Positions 10,511 through 19,300 of a stretch of 64,000 nucleotides of DNA are shown here, one piece after another. The notes under the pieces are model-generated. The model had not been told where the DNA came from. It saw nothing but the letters and a program-made list of their open reading frames with translations, and did not search any database. The translations under genes were made by a program, and so were the position numbers. The DNA comes from Basidiobolus meristosporus CBS 931.73. Its lineage: Eukaryota; Fungi; Basidiobolomycota. How positions within the stretch are numbered: position 1 is the first letter of the stretch; the number at the start of each line of letters is the position of its first letter. The stretch lies in the NCBI GenBank assembly GCA_002104905.1, contig MCFE01000138.1, positions 1-64,000 on the forward strand, read 5' to 3'.

Positions 10511-10930
10511 TCAGCAACCCCAGTCGCATCCGCCATACCCTCCATATCCCCCGTAGCGTCCATACCCCCACCGACCTCCATAACCACCGTAGCGACCGTA
10601 ACGTCCTCGTCCCCAGTACCTGCCCCTCCGCCGCCCATATCCACCGTATCTCCCCCATAGGTCGGTCTCTTCAGAGTCAGTGTCTTCACTTGTAGGAGAT
10701 AGTTGTTCATCTGCCAACCCACCGCCTGACATTTGGCCGAATATGTCGTCAAGAAGGGCACGAGCATCTTCGTCTTTTGTGGATTGGAATTGTGTTATCA
10801 TTTTGCCGCTTTGTGGGTCCCGGATGGAGATGGAAGCACTTGCTACATTGGTTACTTCTGGATGCACAGGAATTGTCACTGCATATGAGGCAAGTAGGAG
10901 AGCAAAGGTGATGGAGAAGTGCTTGTACAT
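10511..10930 (-). CDS. Chimeric prepropeptide: type-B signal/pro-region plus type-A core, 139 aa
   Basis: Open ORF from ATG 10930. The 5' part is nearly identical to the 4077 gene. The 48-aa core is identical in amino acids to the 2744 gene, and the 3' flank is type A. Confidence 0.88.
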   Translation of the reverse strand: MYKHFSITFALLLASYAVTIPVHPEVTNVASASISIRDPQSGKMITQFQSTKDEDARALLDDIFGQMSGGGLADEQLSPTSEDTDSEETDLWGRYGGYGRRRGRYWGRGRYGRYGGYGGRWGYGRYGGYGGYGGCDWGC

Positions 10931-11759
10931 TGTGAATCTGAATGAAGCACTTGAGCCGATTATGAATATATATACCCGCACAGCAGAAGCTGATTAAAGA
11001 CACTCAACTTCACCTCTGCCTTCAGTGGGAAGCGCTGCGGGTGATCCATATGGTCGTTCAATAGAAGCTGTTTAGTGGCTCTTCATTCAATCAAACACGC
11101 ATAACACAACTCAAAGCTTAAAAAGATCATTTGTTTAGCAGATATGTTGATATTGATTGTGTGAACCGAGTGTTGACGAGTCTGTACCTCCAGTTGCAGC
11201 CATCTCCCTGTACCAATATATCCTGTCACTGTAGCGTCGTTATCCCCTTCCTTTGCTGTCATAACTCCCCTTACATCGTCCTATTTACTAAAGAACGGCA
11301 TGGTTGATGACATCTCTTGAGCCAACTCCATTATTTAATCATAGTCGGTTATGCATACAGTCAACCTGCCGCAGTACATCCTGAAGTATATACTTATTTG
11401 GTGTATAGCTCAGCTTAACGGTGGTTCAGTAAGCTCCAAGTTAGGCTGCGACAATATAATAATTAGTGTACTTATCTAATATATTCTCAGTGCATACAGC
11501 TTGTTGTAAGTTCATGCTAGCTGATATTGGAAGGGGTTGCGGTCCAAGTATTGTCATTGTTACTAAATGACAACCATTTATTGTCTCAAGTATTCCATTT
11601 TCATTCTTAGTTGCAAATATCTCAAATGAGCTCTTCAAATATCGGGATATTGTGGAGAATATACGATAATTGATATGGCACCTGAATGCTACTAGTACGA
11701 CACTGATTTAGAAGCGAGCCAAGGTTCTGGTGGGGTCTAAAATGAAGAAAGTAGAGGCC

Positions 11760-12280
11760 TACCGCACTTAACCATGGAGAACTGTACAAAGCATGCATCA
11801 CCTATACCAGCATGTCAATATCACAGTCTATTGAGACTTTAGTGAAGGAAGAACTGTTCATAGCAGTGAGTGCTGAGGTCAGAGTATTTCTGCTGAGAAT
11901 GACTACAATGAACCTTATGGTCTTCTATACACCACAGATATGATGGTCTAAGTGTCAGTCAGTGATCAGAGTGTAAGTAATAACTTGACTAGTAGCTTGA
12001 TGCGGTAGATACTCTAACATGAGTGTATTTATCTACCATAGCCATCATTGTTATTGAACAAACGCTCAAAAGATACACTCCACAAAGCTGAAAAATCTCA
12101 AAAATCCGTGTTTTGAATCAGAATCCTCGTATGAAAGGCTTATCTACGCATCAACGGGGCATCAACTGGGCATCATCTTTCACCACCACTATCAGTCATA
12201 TGCCTAACGGTAAGACTATAGAGATTCCAATGAGTCATTTCACTCTACGAATATATGCATGCATTTAATCAGCTTTTGCA
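11760..12280 (+). pseudogene. Adenylation-domain relic, module E copy 4
   Basis: Homologous to copies 1 and 2 (AENDYNEPYGLLYT.., ESSYERLIYAS..), with additional indels. Confidence 0.45.
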
Positions 12281-12589
12281 CTTGTAGCAACTATGTCATT
12301 TGTTTACGTATAGAAACCCAAGCCACACACACTATAACAAGTCATACACACGATAAAATTGTAGTGATTCAAGTCTTTTTATGTTACTAGTAGCAAGAAA
12401 TGGGCTCTCTTGGCTAGAAACTGAAGTAAGAATGATGGATTAGCATCATATGCGCACTCCCAAGACTGAAAAAAGTACTCTAATAGAATATTCCCCTTCA
12501 CTGCCTGTCTCTCCTTGCCAACCGGGCTTATCCCCTTATAGCTCTATACAATCGTATTTAATATTCGATTTGACGGTAAAACACACACA

Positions 12590-12824
12590 GTGCGATTCAA
12601 TACCGTTCTCTGCTCCTTAACCGTGGCATTGCTAACCCGCGTATCAACCTCGGCTCATGCTAACACGTGACCGGTAGATACCGCAAGCATCACTTTTGGA
12701 CCATCCAGCACCTCCGCCAAAGCAATCATGTACCCTTCTCTGTAAGACTGCAACAGGAAAAGGAACAGGATTGTTGCGACTGCTTCCAAATAACGGAAAA
12801 GAAGTAGGCGTCTCCGCCAAGTAG
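12590..12824 (+). pseudogene. Family D pseudogene, copy 5
   Basis: GTG start, shared frameshift, CAA>TAA stop and 3' deletion, as in copy 2. Confidence 0.75.
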
Positions 12825-12928
12825 CATTTACAATAAGAGTTATACATATGACCATTCACTATCGATAGATAAAATGCGACAGTACTTTATTCGTTGCTGG
12901 AGTGAATGAAAGCCTTGACTCTTATTAT

Positions 12929-13343
12929 TCAGCAACCCCAGTCGCATCCACCATAGCCTCCATATTCCTACCGACCTCTATAACCACCGTAGCGACCGTA
13001 ACGTCCTCGTCCCCAGTATCTGCCCCTCCACCGCCCATACCCGCCGTATCTCCCCCATAGCTGGGCCTCTTCAGGATTGCCCTCCTCTTCCTCGACTCCT
13101 TGGTCGGCTTCTTGCTTATCCGAGAGTGTCTGATCGAACGTATTCCTTGACATCTGGCCGAGAATGCCATCGATGTAGTGTCGAATATTCTGCGCATCCT
13201 CTTCCCTGTTGGACGAGAACTTCTTCACCACTTGGCCGCTTTGTGGATCCCTATCGGAGATTTGTGCTTGACACATCCACGGGACTTCCAAAGGCACTGA
13301 CGGCCATTAGTAGAGCACGAGCTGCGGTAAGTTGTTTGTACAT
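12929..13343 (-). pseudogene. Type-A prepropeptide pseudogene (17-bp deletion plus TGG>TAG nonsense in the core)
   Basis: Same 17-bp deletion as the 7859 copy. The core reads ...YRGR*EYGGYGGCDWGC*. Confidence 0.85.
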
Positions 13344-14317
13344 TGTGAATGTTGATTACTCGAAGAATGCTCAGCACCAGCATTTATATACAAAACCAGT
13401 TTTCGGCCAAGATGAAGGTTAACAAACATCGTATCTAGGAAGCTTCACGAAATTGATGGGTCTCAGTCGAGTAATGTAGTATATTTCGGAGGCAAGCGCC
13501 GCAGCTAGCATACAACCGTTTTTCCTTCTGTCTTCCACAGCAATAAGCGACTAAACTAGCCATAGCAGAGAGATTCTTATATATATAAATGATACAAGTA
13601 CAAACACGTGATTTCTGTCAACAGCAATGCTAATCGTGGTAGAGAGATTCCTATACTATGTTATAAGAAAGTGGCTAGTATTTTTCTAGTAAACGGAAAT
13701 GGGTAGAAACGCAGCGAGAGCCTCAAAAGAGCGCCTCAAAAATTGGCCTTTATCTTGCATAATTTAGATGATGGCAGTATTAATAGTAAGCTTAACAGCA
13801 TGATATATTAGATTAGCCGCTCAACCAAAAGATGCCTCTTGTGTATCTTTACGTTATCAATCACATACTGGTTATCGTATTCTTTCAATACCACCAAGGG
13901 ATGAACACATGGGCAATACTTATGTAACCGCTCAATATTGTCATCCACCCTTATACCCCGAACAAACTATGTATGCACTTAATACTAATAGCCTCAGTGT
14001 AACAGAAACTACGACACTTTATTTACGCCTAGATCGCGCTCACCAATGCTTATATTCGGAGTGAATACAATATTATGGTATAAATATGTTGAATCAATTG
14101 TGGCTGAGTCGTCATACTATTTAATCACTATATTGTGATACTTAAGTTACACCGGTCACGTGGTGCATCTATCTATACACACTGTGTACACACTATCTAT
14201 ACGTATTACAGATTAAGCAACCTGAGAATGCCTTATACCTCGCTGGGCACGCACCTTTATAGCACTTTGTGAATTCTAAAAAACACAACGCTGTTCCTTC
14301 TGCAACAGGATATTTAT

Positions 14318-14700
14318 TCATTGGCCCAAACCAGCTTGGGATGTGCTAGCTTTAGGTTCAAACACAATGGCTGTCAAGGCTTCACAAGCAGGCAAAGTCT
14401 CCAGAGGTGAGTCTATATTCCTACGCATAGCTGGCTTCCCTTTAAAATTTGCTACTACTTCGCCATTCTCCATCGTTAGCTCCTGCAGCCCATGTGTTGC
14501 TGAGAATACCTCGCACACCACGCGCAGAAGCAGCATGGCTCTTTCTCTATAGATATGGTCCTGGGCTTGCACCATGGTTTGCATAACAGTGTCAAGCCAT
14601 TGTCCCTTTATAGTGAAAACTTCACTCCAATATGATCAGATGACGGCTCGAACAATGGCCCTTTGTAAGTTCAATAGGAACTGGAATTCAACCATTGTTT
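14318..14700 (-). pseudogene. Unidentified coding-like relic or exon
   Basis: The 88-aa ORF extends upstream through one stop (FLLNLQRAIVRAVI*SYWSEVFTIKGQWLDTVMQT...). No recognisable motif. Confidence 0.2.
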
Positions 14701-15000
14701 AGTATTGATAATATGCCAACAACAATATGAGGCAATCCCATTTAAGTTACATGCCAAGTAATGATGATGCTGAATTTTATTTATATAGCTTGAGCCAATT
14801 GGGACGTGGGAGCTGAGTCACCGTTCTGTTGGAGAGGGGCTTGTTGTTGTGAACAGAACGGTGAGTTGACAGTAAATTGAGAATATTGAATGCTTGACAT
14901 TAGCTTATATACACGGCTAATTGATTTGCAGTCAAATGATGTAGTACATTTCGGAAACAACCACCGCACAAACACTCGCTCATGAAAACAAATCACAATG

Positions 15001-15240
15001 CAAGTCAAGCAAAGAGATCCCTATATTGAGTCAAGTCAAGCAAAGAGATCCCTATATTAAATCAAGTCGAGCAAAGAGATCCCTATATTAAATCAAGTCA
15101 AGGAAAGAGATCCCTATATTGAGTCAAGTCAAGCAAAGAGATCCCTATATTAAATCAAGTCGAGCAAAGAGATCCCTATATTAAATCAAGTCAAGGAAAG
15201 AGATCCCTATATTAAATCAAGTCGAGCAAAGAGATTTCTA
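15001..15240. repeat. 31-bp minisatellite, ~7.7 copies (CAAGTC(A/G)AG(C/G)AAAGAGATCCCTATATT(G/A)A(G/A)T)
   Basis: Contiguous near-perfect units with no spacers. Variants recur with a ~3-unit (93 bp) period. Confidence 0.95.
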
Positions 15241-15728
15241 ACGCCTACCATGGCCCTTCATCATACTATGCATTTATTTCTAATTAAGCTTCATATTAAC
15301 TCGAAACATAATCAATCTTATTGATGTTTATTAAATATGGCATTGTATTCTACACTTTCATACAGTTATCTAGTATATCTAGCAGGATATCCATCTTGTG
15401 ATCAATAATTTTGAAGTTAACCTCAGCATGATGCAGAAAGTTCCGATAAACATCCAGTGTGTCACCATGGAGTGCTGGTGCAGTGGGCAGCTTGGGTAGC
15501 TTAGGCATAGATGAACGATTCAGGGAGCTTTGCAAGCGTATTGACTGAACAGGAAGCCTTGAGATACATTTGAGAGAGCTTGGGAGATGTATAGACTTGA
15601 CTTGAAGAAAGGTAAATCCCGGGTGACCAATAATTGCTCTATTACGCTGCATTTGAGATTTAATGTTGAACACTGTGGATGAACCATCTACTTATACTAT
15701 TTATTCAACCCAGATGTACAATATAGAT

Positions 15729-16890
15729 TTAGCGTCCATATCGCATATTTGAAATCACTTCGGCCACTCTTGGATGCGCCCGCAGCTCAGTAATTGATGG
15801 TCTGTGACAAGGCTACAAGGATCTATTAATTGGCTAATCTTGTATTGTCTCTGTGCGGTTGCGTACCTGTTGTTGTAGTAAACAAATAATCAGATCCAAC
15901 GCTTCCTTTCCATAAATGCTGGGAATATTAACGGCTAAATCGCCACATATTGATTGCTCCAGATGGAACTGTGTGGGAAGCTCAAAGAGAGTCTCCAGCG
16001 TGCATAACTCATATAAAAGTAACCCTAGTGCCCATATGTCAACCTTTTCACTATAAGGTTGTTTACGAAGCAGCTCCTAAACAAACTGTGAGTACACAAG
16101 TGATGAGACAGCATAACATCAACTTACGGGCGCCATGTAGTACGGTGACTGTAATATTGCGTTAGTACAATGCCCTAGTCCACACTACACATTCACATAC
16201 CCCAGCAAAGGTTTTGGCTGCTCCACCAGCATCAACTATTCGCTTAATACCAAAGTCACCAAGCTTGATGGATTCTGTACCGGTGATAAATACTTTTACC
16301 ATGCATATTTGTATTAGTCAATGCTATAGTAAAACCCTCACTTTACACTTACTATTCTCTGGTTTGATGTCGCGATGGATGAGGATGGCACCATTCTGCT
16401 GTCCATACTCAACATGACACCAATGAACCGCACAAACAACCTGCGCAAATATGCTCCACACCTGGCTTGGCTGTAGAGAACATCTGGTGTGCTTATTGAG
16501 ATTTGAATTCTGGATGATCATTTAAAGAAAGTACCTGTGTGTTTTGCAAAGCTGTAGTACATTTCGCAAGTCCCCATATGCGCAGTATTCCATTACAATG
16601 AAGACTTTGCCATTGTTTTGAGCGGCCCAGAAGTCTTCAACTGCCACTAGATTAGGATGTTGCACATTGTGAAGTATTTGCGCCTCCTCCATGGCATCTC
16701 GAATCCCAGCCAAACTGTGATACTGCAGCTTTACTTCTTTCATAGCAAACAACTAAACAAACCTTGTTAGTACGGTTACGCCTTCTTACGCTCGCATTAC
16801 CTTCTGGTCACTCAGACGGACAACCTTCCACACAGTGCCAAAACCTCCTTCACCTAGGCACTCCAGTCGTGTGTAATTGTCAATGCTCAT
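15729..16890 (-). CDS. NIMA/NEK-like Ser/Thr protein kinase, 7 exons, 281 aa, kinase domain only
   Basis: Exons 16890-16801, 16752-16535, 16483-16353, 16292-16201, 16148-16128, 16076-15867 and 15812-15729 splice in frame. Introns are 48-60 nt GT..AG, two with TACTAAC. Motifs LGEGGFG, FAMKEV, IVMEYC, HRDIKPEN, KLGDFG, TFAGSPYYMAPE, EKVDIWALG, HRPS..L..HP are intact. Confidence 0.88.
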
Positions 16891-17028
16891 GCAGGAATGC
16901 AACTTTGCATGGGGAGTATTTAACATAATATCACAAAGGCGTGACTGTATATAAAGTGAGATTTATTCTTCATTGTTGAGAATACGGGATGCTACCACCA
17001 ATGTTGTTCTTGATAGCGTATGATCTGA

Positions 17029-18246
17029 TCAGGCATTGCCAATCCAGTACTGGGTATGGTATGGATGGAAGAGCTCATGGCTACTAAACTTGGCATATGC
17101 GTTGGGCTCATTTACCGGCTGAAAGGTGTCACGAAAGCCTGGATTCTTGATCAAAAGTTGGTACAGCATCTGCAAACCACCGGCCTTCATTCTGGCAAGG
17201 CTATTTGCTGTCAAGATGCCAGGAAAGTTCAGAATATTTGCCCCAAGGTAGTTTGTGATCATGAACAATGGTGCTGACCTATCAAGTACCTGTTTGAAGC
17301 GGCTGTAATTAAAGCTGGGATTATGCGCCAGTAGCTTACTATGCAAAGCTTTGAATATTTGGTTTGCTTGTCCTTTAGGTGTTTTTGCACCAGCTGCACC
17401 GCTTTGTAAAACCTGTTGGGCAAAGCATACAAAGCAATGATAGAGGTTGTAGTAGTACGTATTGCTGCGCACTTGCACCTCGTTGTCAATGCTGGCTAGT
17501 TGTTGAAGATTGTTTCCCAGATTCAACATTGCCTGAATGGGATCTTCTGGCCTATCACTGATATGGTACCTTTGTGCTTGTTTGCATTGAGCCATCAAGC
17601 TGATATCCACAATAGGTGTGCGACAATCCTGTTTTTGGCTTCCTTTGTTGATCTCCATACAGAGGTCTTCAATAAATTGAATCACACGATGATACTCATG
17701 GTTGAGTACACTGCCATCTGCCTCTGCTTTGCTGGTAGTCACCCAGTTGCGCAACCACTCTGGTAGGGTATTCATTCCTTTGGTTGTATTGTCACCATCT
17801 TGCACACAAGGCAATATGCTGCTACTAGGGGCCGGGGATACGCTGCTAGGGACTACGCTGCTACTCGGGACTGGGGATATTTGCATTGCGTCAGTCAAGG
17901 CTGGGAGCACTGGTGTAGGTGGCATCTCAGCCTGGGGGGGTTGCTTAGTTCTTGCCTTCTTCTTACGCTTAGCTGCAACTTTATCATTGGTAAAGGCACT
18001 ACGCATTTCCTCCTTTGAAATATCACTTAGAAATCCGGTTTGGCACTTATAACATATATCTCCATGACTCCACACCTCAATGGTGTCATCAATATGCTGA
18101 AAGCCCCGTACTCCCAGGTGCTTGAATACTCCACCTAGTACTGCCAGCACCCGGAATGCAACCTCTCCATTTGAAATCTCTGTTGCCAAAGAAGCCGCTT
18201 TGCCAACAGCACTAGAGGCAACAGACCAAGTGAGTAATGTCTCCAT
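17029..18246 (-). CDS. Intronless 405-aa hypothetical protein (basic KRKKKAR stretch, Pro/Ser linker, helical C-terminal domain)
   Basis: Long open ATG ORF with protein-like composition and retained CpGs. No family recognised. Confidence 0.65.
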   Translation of the reverse strand: METLLTWSVASSAVGKAASLATEISNGEVAFRVLAVLGGVFKHLGVRGFQHIDDTIEVWSHGDICYKCQTGFLSDISKEEMRSAFTNDKVAAKRKKKARTKQPPQAEMPPTPVLPALTDAMQISPVPSSSVVPSSVSPAPSSSILPCVQDGDNTTKGMNTLPEWLRNWVTTSKAEADGSVLNHEYHRVIQFIEDLCMEINKGSQKQDCRTPIVDISLMAQCKQAQRYHISDRPEDPIQAMLNLGNNLQQLASIDNEVQVRSNTYYYNLYHCFVCFAQQVLQSGAAGAKTPKGQANQIFKALHSKLLAHNPSFNYSRFKQVLDRSAPLFMITNYLGANILNFPGILTANSLARMKAGGLQMLYQLLIKNPGFRDTFQPVNEPNAYAKFSSHELFHPYHTQYWIGNA

Positions 18247-18619
18247 AATTTGAGTTATGGAATATGCGCCTTGTCGTCCACGCTTATTTTAGCACTTTGG
18301 AAATAAAGACATGTCACCCAATCAACGCTTCAAGGATGTCCAGATGCAACAAAGAGGCAAATATATAGTGCTGCTTTGATGCATTAGAGTATTGCCCAAT
18401 ATACAATGTCACTCAATGCCCTACTCACTCGGATCCTGATGACAATGAAGGACCTCTAGTAATATACAAAGTATAGATTGGTACAGTGCTACAGGTAAAT
18501 ATACACTGATACAGTGCTTTTTGCAGCAGAATATATATGCACTGGACACCGTGTGTAATGCTTTTCCAATTTGGTAGCCATCATGGTTTGGAACTAAGAG
18601 TTGCTAATTACGCATCAAT

Positions 18620-19300
18620 AAATGTTACTTTGCATAACAGCTAGTATTCCGACTAGACCATTTGATTGGAATCAGGCCGATTCACTCACTTTTCTACATA
18701 CTGGTCCAGTGTCTTTTACTCTGAATTGTTTGTCATGCTCAGACAAACTTCTGATTCCAATTTGTTGTTTGTATCATACACCACAAATCCATCTCAAAAG
18801 CATGCCTTCTGCTGGTGCACATCCTGATGTCAATGAATTTGTGTTGGCATTTAAGCTTTTTAATCAACGTGCTGCACTCAAATATATTTATATTTTGGTT
18901 TTTTGAGCTACAGCGGGTTCAGACATCTTGTGTTATTATTGCACAGCCAATGGCAAAAAGTGCGTGGCTTTGAAGGATTGGATGTTGAGTTCTATACTCA
19001 CATATTCTTTGAGTAGCTTGTAGTGTGCCAAGCCTATCTGCATTGGCCGCTGATACCACTAATAACACTTCCACACAAATTCTTACTGAAATGTTGCATG
19101 CAAAGTAGGGACCATTTGCTCAAAATTCCTCTTGCAGCTGTTGTGGCTTAAGTCACTTGGAGGTACACTTCACCTTTCTCCAGACCAGCATACTTCATGT
19201 GAAATGCTGCCTCCAAGCAAGGGGGAGAGTTTAAGTAGAAATATGTAGTATGGATCTCCAAGCTGCTGCTTTTCTTACAACAGATATGCTCAGTGTTTTA
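18620..19300 (-). pseudogene. Probable hAT-type transposase relic
   Basis: The minus frame gives RLGTLQATQ..HPIL..IITQDV*TRCSS, resembling the hAT motif QDVxTRWNS. Many stops. Confidence 0.35.

Noticed and set aside
2744-13343. Complete fungal RiPP (dikaritin/KEP/borosin) biosynthetic cluster
   Set aside because: No DUF3328, tyrosinase, POP, methyltransferase or transporter gene in the window, and no repeated KR-flanked cores. Modification in trans is not excluded.
2658-13422. Alternative-frame and antisense ORFs over the peptide genes (MGEIRRIW.., MRRIFDTT.., MVDALLAR..)
   Set aside because: Shadow frames of G/C-rich repetitive codons, lacking signal peptides and consistent starts.
15001-15240. 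CRISPR array
   Set aside because: Units are contiguous with no unique spacers, there are no cas genes, and the context is eukaryotic.
15350-15673. Extra exon or C-terminal tail of the kinase
   Set aside because: The kinase frame ends at TAA 15729 and no convincing splice path was found. The ORF starts with a non-ATG codon and has no motif.
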